This document shows, in pieces, positions 36,843-45,283 of a DNA stretch of 64,000 nt. Each line of letters begins with the position of its first letter. The stretch's first letter is position 1. The position numbers were made by a program, and so were the translations under genes. Origin of the DNA: Parcubacteria group bacterium (lineage in GTDB: Bacteria > Patescibacteriota > Minisyncoccia > Minisyncoccales > UBA10102); assembly GCA_016203945.1 (NCBI GenBank), contig JACQLT010000002.1, positions 73,585-137,584 of the forward strand, given 5' to 3'. A model generated the notes under the pieces. That model was not told the origin of the DNA, made no database searches, and was given only the letters and a program-made list of their open reading frames with translations.

Positions 36843-36990
36843 CAAACGGCTTAGCTCTTTAGACCACAAACCTGGAGACCGAGTGGTGACGGTTTCCAGT
36901 CCCAATGCCCCTGCTTGTGCGAGGTGACTCCAATGCGTCTTCCGTGTCGCCGCAAAAGAGTCTTTCCGCACAGCAGGGGCTCTTTTTTTC
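36843..36990 (+). ncRNA. candidate small RNA (promoter to U-run)
   Basis: Hairpin CTGGAGACCG/CGGTTTCCAG; long closing helix 36908-36921/36967-36979 followed by T7 run at 36983-36989; no conserved SRP/6S/RNase P motifs. Confidence 0.2.
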
Positions 36991-37007
36991 CCTTGACTTA
37001 GTCAAGG
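36991..37007. promoter_or_regulatory. 17-bp palindrome CCTTGACTTAGTCAAGG just upstream of the -35 of the MraZ-like gene
   Basis: Perfect 7-bp arms around TTA; operator-like. Confidence 0.3.
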
Positions 37008-37019
37008 ACAAAGCTTTTC

Positions 37020-37050
37020 TTGACAAAATGCCAGTACTTGAGTTATAGAA
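37020..37050 (+). promoter_or_regulatory. sigma70-like promoter (TTGACAAAAT ... TATAGA)
   Basis: Extended -35 TTGACAAA as at 36806 and 37500; followed by strong SD AAGGAGG 10 nt before ATG 37084. Confidence 0.4.
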
Positions 37051-37083
37051 ATGACAGTGGCGGAGTAAGGAGGTCCTTACCCC

Positions 37084-37431
37084 ATGGAGGAACAATCGAT
37101 AGGGATCGAAGTAAGGCCTGACGAAAGGAAGCGCGTCTGCATCCCTCATCAGTTCAGGGGAATAGCTCCGGGAGACAAACTCGTCGTTTCTATAGACGAA
37201 GGACCGTGTCTGGTCCTCACGAAACCTTTCGGAGCGTCTGGGACACGATTTGAGTACACGCTGGTAGTGGATAAGCAGAGGCGTATTGCCATCGGGCAAC
37301 TCCAAACAGCCATCAAGCTCAAGCGAAGAAGCAAGGCGATCGTAACTTCTGTAGAGGGCCGTCTCCAGATCTGGGCGATGCCCGTATGGCGACGCCATCA
37401 AGCTTCAGGTGCTAAGGCGCCTGAGCACTGA
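37084..37431 (+). CDS. MraZ-like protein (tandem AbrB/SpoVT-type half-domains)
   Basis: Two DXXXR motifs (VRPDERKRVCIP and VVDKQRRIAIG) spaced as in MraZ; strong SD; own promoter and terminator. Confidence 0.45.
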   Translation: MEEQSIGIEVRPDERKRVCIPHQFRGIAPGDKLVVSIDEGPCLVLTKPFGASGTRFEYTLVVDKQRRIAIGQLQTAIKLKRRSKAIVTSVEGRLQIWAMPVWRRHQASGAKAPEH

Positions 37432-37462
37432 CATCCGACCCCCCTCGGATGTCCTTTTTTTA
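37430..37462 (+). terminator. rho-independent terminator
   Basis: GACATCCGA-CCCCCC-TCGGATGTC followed by CTTTTTTTATT. Confidence 0.65.
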
Positions 37463-37499
37463 TTCACCATTCATCATTTGTGCATGTATGCTTTAGCTA

Positions 37500-37528
37500 T
37501 TGACAAAATGGCTTTATTCATATATAAA
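37500..37528 (+). promoter_or_regulatory. sigma70 promoter TTGACA-17-TATAAA
   Basis: ATTGACAAAATGGCTTTATTCATATATAAA. Confidence 0.5.
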
Positions 37529-37565
37529 GGGGCTGGTGGCTGGGTGGGAAGGAAGCCCACCTCGC

Positions 37566-37859
37566 ATGAAAATTCGCGTTTCCATCATTCAGGAAAGGAT
37601 CTTCTGCTATTTGTTCTTCGTAGGGTGCGTTTCCGCTCTGTGGGCCGGGTTCTTGCTCTTCTGGGCACTTGTCTATGCGTACGACAAGAACATCCCAGAT
37701 CCAGGCCTCATCGCAGAAGCACCCCACTGGCTCCTTTACCCGAGCCCCCTGTCATTCCTGGGCCTTCTCCCGTCAACACGGGAAGCCATCGGGAGATTGA
37801 TCTCACGGAGACAGGAAACTATTGGGGAATGGATCGACCGGGTCCTTCGATTGAATTGA
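37566..37859 (+). CDS. small (97 aa) single-TM membrane protein, hypothetical
   Basis: MKIRVSIIQERIFCYLFFVGCVSALWAGFLLFWALVYAY...; RBS GGAAGGAAG 9 nt upstream; flanked by promoter and terminator. ORF track lists a longer form starting at 37500. Confidence 0.4.
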   Translation: MKIRVSIIQERIFCYLFFVGCVSALWAGFLLFWALVYAYDKNIPDPGLIAEAPHWLLYPSPLSFLGLLPSTREAIGRLISRRQETIGEWIDRVLRLN

Positions 37860-37881
37860 ATTGACTTTCATCGAGGGCCCA

Positions 37882-37934
37882 CCCCTGCTGCGACAAGGCA
37901 CCCGCCAATGTCGCACCAGGGGGTTCTTTTTTTT
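37882..37934 (+). terminator. rho-independent terminator
   Basis: CCCCTGCTGCGACA ... TGTCGCACCAGGGG then GTTCTTTTTTTT. Confidence 0.55.
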
Positions 37935-37947
37935 CCCAGCGCTTCAT

Positions 37948-37992
37948 CCTTGGCCGAACCAAGGTGTGGATAACTAGGTTCGGCCAAGTTAT
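37948..37992. repeat. palindromic element with two inverted perfect DnaA-box 9-mers (TGTGGATAA / TTATCCACA) flanked by CCTTGG-N5-CCAAGG hairpin units
   Basis: CCTTGGCCGAACCAAGGTGTGGATAACTAGGTTCGGCCAAGTTATCCACAAGG; related copy at 52628-52668. Confidence 0.5.
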
Positions 37993-38045
37993 CCACAAGG
38001 GGCTATGTTGCGTCAATCTTTGAAGGGTTGGTAGAATGGAATGGT

Positions 38046-40082
38046 ATGAAGAAAAATTTAATGGTAGTAGGCATTGCGCTAACGCTTATCCTTGCAGGTG
38101 GAAGCGTTTTTTTGTGGCAAAGAAGCCAGGCTGATGTACGGGCGGTGAATAAAACACCCCCTATCGGCAATCAAATCGGTAGATTTACGGATATTCTAAA
38201 TAAATTAACTGTTCAAATCGATAATAAACTTGGAGCAACCGTCGCCACCACAACAAAACCAGAACAGACTCAGGAAGAAATAACCGAAGAACCCCCTACT
38301 GCTCAAGAAGATCAGCAGCAACCAGAAATTGCACAGTTGCCGCAAACCAATACGCCAGTAATTCCTCCACAGCCACAACCACAAGAAATTCTATTAGAGA
38401 CTACTCCTGCCATTGAAGAGATTGCGAAAACAGAGAAGACAAGTAAGGGACAAGAGGAGGAAATTGTTATAGAATCGAAACCTGATCGGCTCGCCTGCGC
38501 AATACAAACAAACACATTACCAAAACTTCAAAGTCTCGTGCTGAACGAGATTGCATGGATGGGTACTACAAACTCTGCAACTGATGAGTGGATAGAGCTT
38601 AAAAATATTGCACATCAAGAAATCGCGCTCGCAAACTGGCAGCTGCAAGACGAAGACGGCCAGATTCATTTCATTTTTCCCGATATAAAAATCCAGTCTC
38701 AAGCATTCTATTTGCTCGAACGCACAGATGACAGTACGCTTCCCGATATCACGGCAGATGCGGTCTATAAAGGCAGCTTGGGTAATACAAACGAAGCTCT
38801 CTATCTCTTTGACGCAGAGTGCCTGCTGCAAGACAGCGTAGAGGCAAGTCCCAATTGGCCAGCCGGAGACGCAGAGAAGAAAACTCCTATGGAACGAACA
38901 CTGGATTTGCAATGGCGAACTGCGCCCTCTTCAAGTCCCCGTGCGGAAAATACCCAATCATTCGGCCCAGGGGTCTTTTTTTCTTCAAGTGTTTCTGCTG
39001 GCGGAGGCGGGGGGAGCACATCTAATCCAGTCGTCTATCCAAAAATTCTCATTACAGAACTTCAGGCATCCCCTATTGGAGAACGCTTTATTGAACTCTA
39101 CAATCCAAACGAAACTTCTGTTGATCTTACCGATTGGTACGTCCAAAGAAGAACTGAAGGCGGATCTCTCGGTTCTTTTGTTTCTTCGCCCAATCTTGTT
39201 GGAAAAAGCATATCCGCAAAAAGCCACTTTTTTATCGCGCGGAGCACCTCGTCTTTCTCTAGTCAGGCAGACATCCTTTTAGATCTCACCATAACCGAAC
39301 ACAATACGTTCATTATAAAAAATCCTGCTGGCGAGATTGCAGACAAAGTTGGTGTTGGCCAAAACGCTCCAGAGTTTGAAGGATCCCCAGCTCAGTTTCC
39401 GCCGGAAAATCAGGGTTTGGCAAGAGAGTGGAATCTCTCAACGCAATCCTATGCTGACACAGAGAACGATGCCGAGGACTTTCTCGTCGCTTCTCCAACT
39501 CCAAAAGCACAAAACGCGCAATCTCCCTCAGAGTCCCCGCCGGAAGAACCGGGGCCCGAACCAGAACCAACTCCATCTCAACTCGTGGTATTCAATGAAA
39601 TCGCATGGATGGGCACTGGCGTAAGCGCAAACGATGAATGGATTGAACTTTTGAGCACCGTCACCAGTACAACAACCGATATGACTGGATGGAGGATCGT
39701 GGCGGAAGACGGCACGCCGAATATTGCGCTAAGCGATACTGTTAGTCCCCAAGGATACTACCTGTTAGAACGCACGGCTGATACTACCGTTTCAGATATT
39801 TCAGCGAATAAAATTTACACCGGAGCGCTCAGCAACCAGGGAGAACTGCTGCGTCTTTTTGATGCCCAAAATAATCTTATTGATGTAGTGGATGCTTCCG
39901 GCGGTTGGTTCGCGGGGGATAATACGACAAAACAAAGCATGGAACGGATAAACATTTCCGCATCGGGGTCCACTGCGACAAACTGGGCAAACAATAATCT
40001 TATGAGCGTGAATGGTAAAGCTGCGGACGACACAACGCAAATCAATGGTACGCCAGGCCAACAGAATAGCGTTTCTAACTAA
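38046..40082 (+). CDS. membrane-anchored protein with three lamin-tail-domain (LTD) repeats
   Basis: N-terminal TM (MKKNLMVVGIALTLILAGG). Three blocks: NEIAWMGT..DEWIELKN, IELYNPNETSVDLTDWYV, NEIAWMGTGVSANDEWIELL. P/Q/E-rich linkers. ORF track start 38028. Confidence 0.7.
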   Translation: MKKNLMVVGIALTLILAGGSVFLWQRSQADVRAVNKTPPIGNQIGRFTDILNKLTVQIDNKLGATVATTTKPEQTQEEITEEPPTAQEDQQQPEIAQLPQTNTPVIPPQPQPQEILLETTPAIEEIAKTEKTSKGQEEEIVIESKPDRLACAIQTNTLPKLQSLVLNEIAWMGTTNSATDEWIELKNIAHQEIALANWQLQDEDGQIHFIFPDIKIQSQAFYLLERTDDSTLPDITADAVYKGSLGNTNEALYLFDAECLLQDSVEASPNWPAGDAEKKTPMERTLDLQWRTAPSSSPRAENTQSFGPGVFFSSSVSAGGGGGSTSNPVVYPKILITELQASPIGERFIELYNPNETSVDLTDWYVQRRTEGGSLGSFVSSPNLVGKSISAKSHFFIARSTSSFSSQADILLDLTITEHNTFIIKNPAGEIADKVGVGQNAPEFEGSPAQFPPENQGLAREWNLSTQSYADTENDAEDFLVASPTPKAQNAQSPSESPPEEPGPEPEPTPSQLVVFNEIAWMGTGVSANDEWIELLSTVTSTTTDMTGWRIVAEDGTPNIALSDTVSPQGYYLLERTADTTVSDISANKIYTGALSNQGELLRLFDAQNNLIDVVDASGGWFAGDNTTKQSMERINISASGSTATNWANNNLMSVNGKAADDTTQINGTPGQQNSVSN

Positions 40083-40085
40083 GCG

Positions 40086-42908
40086 TCATCGGAACTTCTT
40101 GAGCCACTGGCCGGTGTAGCTCTTCTTGCTTTTCATAATATCCTGAGGGGTCCCTTCTGCGACAATCCTTCCCCCGCGATCTCCCCCGTCGGGCCCAAGA
40201 TCTATGACCCAGTCAGAGCTCAAAATTACATCCAGGTTGTGTTCAATCACCACAACCGTGTTTCCCTTTGCCACCAGCTCCTTGAGCACATGAAGAAGTT
40301 TCTTCACGTCGTCAAAGTGCAGCCCCGTGGTGGGCTCGTCTAAGATATATAGCGTTCTGCCGGTGGCGCGCTTCGCAAGTTCGGTAGCAAGCTTTACCCG
40401 CTGAGCCTCTCCTCCAGAAAGAGAAGGGGCAGGCTGGCCAACTTCAATATATCCTAGTCCTACGTCGTTGAGCGTCTTGAGTTTCTGGGTAAGCACCGGG
40501 ATGTTCTTGAAGAATTCGAGCGCTTCTTCTACGGTGAGGCGCAGGGCATCAGAAATATTCTTTCCCTTGTACTCAATCTCCAACACCTCCCTGTTGTATC
40601 GCTTGCCCTGGCATTCTTCGCATTCAACATAGACGTCGGGCAGAAAATACATTTCAATCTTCTTTAATCCTTGGCCTTCGCACGATTCGCACCTTCCTCC
40701 TTTTACGTTGAATGAGAAACGGCCCGCTTCGTATCCCCTGATCTTGGATTCTTTGGTTTTGGCGAACAGGTCGCGAATGGTGTTGAAGGCTCCGGTATAG
40801 GTTGCGGGGTTGGAACGCGGAGTTCTGCCTATTGGCGACTGGTCAATAAGCACCACTTTGTTGAGAAGCTTTGTGCCCTCTATCTTGTCATGGGCTCCGG
40901 GATCCTCTTTTGCGCGGTAGAACTTCTTGAGCAAAGATTTTGCGAGAATATCGTTTACGAGCGTGCTCTTCCCAGACCCCGATACTCCGGTCACGCATAC
41001 GAACCTCTCAAGCGGGATGCGAACATCAACATTTTTTAGGTTGTGCTCTTTTGCTCCTTTGATAACCAGAAATTGAGGTTTCTTGTTCTTGAAATCTGCA
41101 GAGAGAATATATACCCTCTTCTTTCCCACAAGATATTCTCCGGTAAGGGTTTTTGCCCTGAGAAGCTGGGAGGACGTGCCTGCGAATATAATTTTGCCCC
41201 CGTGTTTTCCAGCTCCAGGTCCTACGTCTATAACCCAGTCAGCAGCCTTAATGGTTTGGGAATCGTGTTCCACCACCAGCACGCTATTTCCTATATCTCT
41301 TAGCTGTTTGAGTGTTGTGATGAGCCGGGCTTGGTCTCGCGCATGCAAGCCAATTGAGGGCTCATCTAAGATGTAGAGCACCCCGGTGAGTTTTGAGCCG
41401 ATCTGCGTTGCCAGCCGGATGCGCTGTTCCTCTCCTCCGGAAAGCGTGCCCGCCTTTCTGGAAAGGGTGAGATATTCCAGGCCAACGTCCACGAGGAACT
41501 GCAAGCGGTTCTTGATTTCCTTCACGATAGGGAGCGCGATCGATTTCTCCTGGCTGGATAGTTGAGAAGAAAGAACGCTTGAAAACGCGCTCGCTTTCTC
41601 AATACTAAACTGCACCACGTCATCTATAGATTTCCCAGCTACGTGAACGCTCAGAACTTCCGGCTTTAAGCGTTTCCCCTTGCAGGTCTCGCAGACACGC
41701 TCCACCATGTACTGCTCAATCTCTTCTCTCGCGTAATCAGAATCGGTCTCGTGATACCTGCGCTGAAGCCAGGGGATGACGCCTTCAAATTCATCGTCTC
41801 CCTGAAATACAAGATCTATGACTTTTTTGGGCAGATCTTTTACCGGAGCTGTAAGAGAAAACTTTTCTTGCTTGGCCAATTCCTCCAGCTTCCACCAGAA
41901 GAATCCCTGCCTTCCGATTTTATGAGAAGCATGCGCCCAGGGAAAAATAGCCCCCTCTGCAACAGAAAGGCGCGGATTGGGAATGACGAGGCTGGGATCA
42001 ACCTCTAGCTTTTCTCCCAGGCCCTGGCAGGAAGGACAGGCGCCGTATGGGCTGTTGAAAGAGAACATGCGAGGCTCTATTTCGGGAAGATTGATGCCGC
42101 AGGATTCGCAGGCGAATCGCTCCGAGAACACCATATCTGCCATTCCCTGCCCGCCCGCAACGCTTCGCGTAGCGAGGCGGGCGGGCTGAGCCACCACAAC
42201 AACTCCTTTTCCGAGACGCAGAGCGGTTTCAACCGAATCTGCCAGACGCGACCGGTCCAAATCCTTATCAATGACTAAACGATCCACCACTACGTCAATG
42301 GCGTGCTTCTTTTTCCGGTCAAGCTTTTTCTCCAGCGCCTCTTCAATGCGCCATACAATGCCGTCTATGCGAACCCTCACGAACCCGCCGCGCTGGATTT
42401 CTTCCAGCACCCCCCGGTGTTCGCCTTTCCGATCCCGCACTATAGGACCCAAGATCATGATTTCTTTTCCGGGCTGCAGACGGCTGAGATGCTCTGCGAT
42501 CTGGCTAGGGCTTTGGCGCAGCACCCGCTTTCCGCACCTGGGACAATGCGGAACTCCGATTCTTGCAAACAGCAATCTGAGATAGTCGTAGATTTCGGTG
42601 ATGGTGCCGACAGTAGAACGCGGATTGTGGCTGCTTTTTCTCTGGTCAATGGCGATGGCAGGGCTGATGCCGTCTATACGATCCACATCGGGCTTATCCA
42701 TGACGCCCAAGAACTGGCGCGCGTATGCGGACAATGACTCAACATACCTGCGCTGGCCTTCTGCATAGAGCGTGTCAAACGCGAGCGAACTTTTTCCAGA
42801 ACCCGAAAGTCCGGTAATCACCACGAGCTTGCGTTTGGGAATGTCCACGTCAACATTTTTGAGATTGTGGACACGCGCCCCGCGGATTTGAATAAGATCT
42901 TTTGACAT
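40086..42908 (-). CDS. uvrA: excinuclease ABC subunit A
   Basis: 940 aa, two ABC ATPase cassettes ([14 protein letters not shown]; [14 protein letters not shown]), zinc-finger CxxC pairs. Confidence 0.95.
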   Translation of the reverse strand: MSKDLIQIRGARVHNLKNVDVDIPKRKLVVITGLSGSGKSSLAFDTLYAEGQRRYVESLSAYARQFLGVMDKPDVDRIDGISPAIAIDQRKSSHNPRSTVGTITEIYDYLRLLFARIGVPHCPRCGKRVLRQSPSQIAEHLSRLQPGKEIMILGPIVRDRKGEHRGVLEEIQRGGFVRVRIDGIVWRIEEALEKKLDRKKKHAIDVVVDRLVIDKDLDRSRLADSVETALRLGKGVVVVAQPARLATRSVAGGQGMADMVFSERFACESCGINLPEIEPRMFSFNSPYGACPSCQGLGEKLEVDPSLVIPNPRLSVAEGAIFPWAHASHKIGRQGFFWWKLEELAKQEKFSLTAPVKDLPKKVIDLVFQGDDEFEGVIPWLQRRYHETDSDYAREEIEQYMVERVCETCKGKRLKPEVLSVHVAGKSIDDVVQFSIEKASAFSSVLSSQLSSQEKSIALPIVKEIKNRLQFLVDVGLEYLTLSRKAGTLSGGEEQRIRLATQIGSKLTGVLYILDEPSIGLHARDQARLITTLKQLRDIGNSVLVVEHDSQTIKAADWVIDVGPGAGKHGGKIIFAGTSSQLLRAKTLTGEYLVGKKRVYILSADFKNKKPQFLVIKGAKEHNLKNVDVRIPLERFVCVTGVSGSGKSTLVNDILAKSLLKKFYRAKEDPGAHDKIEGTKLLNKVVLIDQSPIGRTPRSNPATYTGAFNTIRDLFAKTKESKIRGYEAGRFSFNVKGGRCESCEGQGLKKIEMYFLPDVYVECEECQGKRYNREVLEIEYKGKNISDALRLTVEEALEFFKNIPVLTQKLKTLNDVGLGYIEVGQPAPSLSGGEAQRVKLATELAKRATGRTLYILDEPTTGLHFDDVKKLLHVLKELVAKGNTVVVIEHNLDVILSSDWVIDLGPDGGDRGGRIVAEGTPQDIMKSKKSYTGQWLKKFR

Positions 42909-42966
42909 ACAGGTTCATAGTATATACCAATGTCAAAACAAAGAAAAGGGCGGGCAACCCTTGTTA

Positions 42967-42994
42967 TTGAAAGAAATTGTATGTATGGTATACT
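42967..42994 (+). promoter_or_regulatory. sigma70-like promoter TTGAAA-16-TATACT (extended TGn)
   Basis: TTGAAAGAAATTGTATGTATGGTATACT. Confidence 0.4.
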
Positions 42995-43042
42995 GTATCT
43001 GCAGAACAACGAAACAGCACATTGAGTTGAGGAGGAGAACAT

Positions 43043-43138
43043 ATGTGGCAACGGTTCTCTGCTCTAGACAAATTGTTCTTCGGGGTCCTCGTTATTGGTG
43101 TCTTAATAACGGCAGGACTCAAGATTCCCCTTCCATGA
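43043..43138 (+). CDS. candidate 31-aa hydrophobic small protein
   Basis: GAGGAGGAG SD 5-7 nt before ATG; MWQRFSALDKLFFGVLVIGVLITAGLKIPLP; followed by hairpin plus T-run at about 43147-43182; not in ORF track (below size cutoff). Confidence 0.3.
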   Translation: MWQRFSALDKLFFGVLVIGVLITAGLKIPLP

Positions 43139-43287
43139 ATCTAGAACCCTTTCTTGCTCGCGCAGGAAAAGGGTTCTTTTTTACAACTTGATTCTTTGAC
43201 TTAGTTAAGGATAAGGTGGGGGCAGATATATGAACCATCCCTCACTGCGTTCGGGAGAACCATATAGTTCTCGCTAACGCTCAAACT

Positions 43288-44646
43288 ATGAAGTTTAAAT
43301 ATACAAAGAAAACTGGAATTGGGAAGATTCCGCGAGAAGCCGGGGTTTATTCATTTTGGAGCAAAATAGGCCTGCTCTATATAGGAAAGGCGGCGAACCT
43401 GCGCAGCAGGATAAAAAACCACTTCAAAGTACCCTCCTACAGAGATAACCTGTTCATGGACCAGGTACAGAAAATAGGGTACCTGGAAACCGGCTCTGAA
43501 ATTGAAGCCCTTCTACTGGAGTCCCGGCTCATCAAACACCACCAGCCCAAGTACAACGTCATGTGGCGGGACGACAAGAATTATTTCTATGTCGCCATTA
43601 CCAAAGAGGATCTGCCAAAGGTTTTTCTTACCCACCAACCAAGAAAGGCGCTTGCCTCCGCTTCGTCCGCCAAACCTGCCTGGCCGGCAGGCAGGCCCAC
43701 GGCCTTACCCGAACTTCGCTTCGGCAAGCGCCTTCATGTGAATTACATTGGCCCGTTTACCGAGGGCAAGCCGATTAAGCTGGTCTTAAGAAGCTTACGA
43801 GAGATCTTTCCTTACTATACGTCCAGAAACCATTCGAAAACTCTGTGCCAATATTGCCATCTGGGCCTGTGCCCCGGCCCCGCTCCCGATACAAAGCAGT
43901 ATCGCAAAAACATTCGCAATCTTGTTGCCGTATTGCAAGGCAAAGAAACTTCGGTCTTAAATAATCTAAAAAAAGAAATGCACTTGGCTTCACAGCGCGA
44001 ACAGTACGAAAAAGCGGCCAATCTGCGAAATCAAGTCCAGGCGCTGGAAGCCGTATTTTCGCACTCTTTTCTCTTTTCTCGAGCACCGCACGAAAAACAA
44101 GGGAGGAATTATGCATCTCTGGAACCAGAGCTGCGAGCTATTCTTGGCAGCACAAAAAAAATCGCGCGTATGGAAGCATACGACATCTCCAACATACAGG
44201 GGAAAGAAACAACGGGATCCATGGTCGTATTCGTGAAGGGCCGCCCCGACAAGAATGAATACCGGAAATTCAAGATTCGCCTTGACGGCAAGCCGAATGA
44301 CTTTGCCATGATGGAGGAACTCGTCTTTCGCCGTCTTGCGCATGCGGAATGGCCCGCCCCAGATTTCATGCTCATTGACGGGGGCAAGGGCCAACTCACT
44401 GCTGCACTGAATGCGGCAAAATCCCTGCCTCGCCGGCAGGCAGGCGAAATTCAAAATCCAAAATTCAAAATCGGGGCTCTTGCCAAGCGCAACAACGAGC
44501 TATTTCTTCCAGGAAAGAAGAGCCCCCTACTTTTATCTGACATGTCTTTTGGGTTGCGGAACATACTCTTGCATATCAGAGACGAGGCGCACCGCTTTGC
44601 CATCTCCTATCATCGGAAGCTCCATAGAAAAAGCTCTCTGGGCTAG
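43288..44646 (+). CDS. uvrC: excinuclease ABC subunit C (short form)
   Basis: GIY-YIG (GVYSFWSKIGLLYIGKAANLRSRIKNHF), UvrBC and RNase H-like endonuclease regions; 452 aa, C-terminal (HhH)2 apparently absent. Confidence 0.8.
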   Translation: MKFKYTKKTGIGKIPREAGVYSFWSKIGLLYIGKAANLRSRIKNHFKVPSYRDNLFMDQVQKIGYLETGSEIEALLLESRLIKHHQPKYNVMWRDDKNYFYVAITKEDLPKVFLTHQPRKALASASSAKPAWPAGRPTALPELRFGKRLHVNYIGPFTEGKPIKLVLRSLREIFPYYTSRNHSKTLCQYCHLGLCPGPAPDTKQYRKNIRNLVAVLQGKETSVLNNLKKEMHLASQREQYEKAANLRNQVQALEAVFSHSFLFSRAPHEKQGRNYASLEPELRAILGSTKKIARMEAYDISNIQGKETTGSMVVFVKGRPDKNEYRKFKIRLDGKPNDFAMMEELVFRRLAHAEWPAPDFMLIDGGKGQLTAALNAAKSLPRRQAGEIQNPKFKIGALAKRNNELFLPGKKSPLLLSDMSFGLRNILLHIRDEAHRFAISYHRKLHRKSSLG

Positions 44647-44701
44647 CCATGAGCGAAGTCGAAGGGTTGACGCAGGAAAAAATAGAGGGTATTATGGACG
44701 C

Positions 44702-45046
44702 ATGCTCCAACGAGCAATATTGCAGACCGCAGGGGCCTTTGCAGGACTATGGTTGGCCTCGCGCTTCCTGGAAAACGTCTCGTTTACCGGGTCTGTCCTC
44801 GTCCTTGGGCAGGCGGCCCTCGTACTCGGAGTGGCAAACGCCTTTCTTAAGCCCATTTTGAACCTTTTGACATTACCCGTACGCATACTCACGCTGGGAC
44901 TTTCCAGTCTCTTGATTAACGTGGCGTTCGTGTGGCTATTGGATATTATATTCCCCGAACTCATCATCGGCAGTATTATTGCGCTCTTAGAAACAACGGT
45001 TGTCGTGTGGATATTTTCCACCATTCTGTCTGTAGCGAAAAAATGA
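44702..45046 (+). CDS. YvlD-type phage-holin-family (superfamily IV) membrane protein
   Basis: LVLGVANAFLKPILNLLTLPVRILTLGLSSLLINVAFVWLL signature; ORF track start 44411 overlaps uvrC so internal Met used. Confidence 0.55.
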   Translation: MLQRAILQTAGAFAGLWLASRFLENVSFTGSVLVLGQAALVLGVANAFLKPILNLLTLPVRILTLGLSSLLINVAFVWLLDIIFPELIIGSIIALLETTVVVWIFSTILSVAKK

Positions 45047-45267
45047 ATATCGATAATCTTCTTACCATAGCTGAAGTTCTGATCGCCGCGTGCGCCATCG
45101 TATTGATTTTGCTTCAGCAGCGGGGCACTGCTCTGGGATCTGCCTTTGGCGGCGGAGAAGGAACTTCGTACGCCACACGAAGAGGCGTTCAGAAATATCT
45201 TTTGTGGGGCACCATCGTTTGTCTTGCATTGTTCGTCGGACTCGCGCTCGTGAGCGTCGCGATCTGA
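45043..45267 (+). CDS. secG: preprotein translocase subunit SecG
   Basis: MNIDNLLTIAEVLIAACAIVLILLQQRGTALGSAFGGGEG; ATGA overlap with upstream gene. Confidence 0.7.
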   Translation: MNIDNLLTIAEVLIAACAIVLILLQQRGTALGSAFGGGEGTSYATRRGVQKYLLWGTIVCLALFVGLALVSVAI

Positions 45268-45283
45268 TATTAACGTTCCCTTC

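Noticed and set aside
36843-36990. Possible identity of the sRNA candidate as SRP RNA, 6S RNA or RNase P RNA
   Set aside because: None of the conserved motifs (SRP domain IV GGAAG...CAGCC, RNase P GGAAAGUCCGG, 6S central bubble architecture) are present; left as unclassified candidate.
36859-37401. 180-aa minus-strand ORF overlapping the MraZ-like gene
   Set aside because: No RBS or promoter, odd composition; the plus-strand ORF has a promoter, strong SD, conserved DXXXR motifs and a terminator.
37948-37992. Calling this region oriC
   Set aside because: Only two or three DnaA boxes, no adjacent dnaA/dnaN/gyrB, no AT-rich DUE evident; kept as a repeat/regulatory element.
44411-44701. Long N-terminal extension of holin-like gene (ORF track 44411-45046)
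   Set aside because: Overlaps 235 nt of uvrC in another frame; extension is low-complexity; internal Met at 44702 gives a typical about 114-aa YvlD protein.
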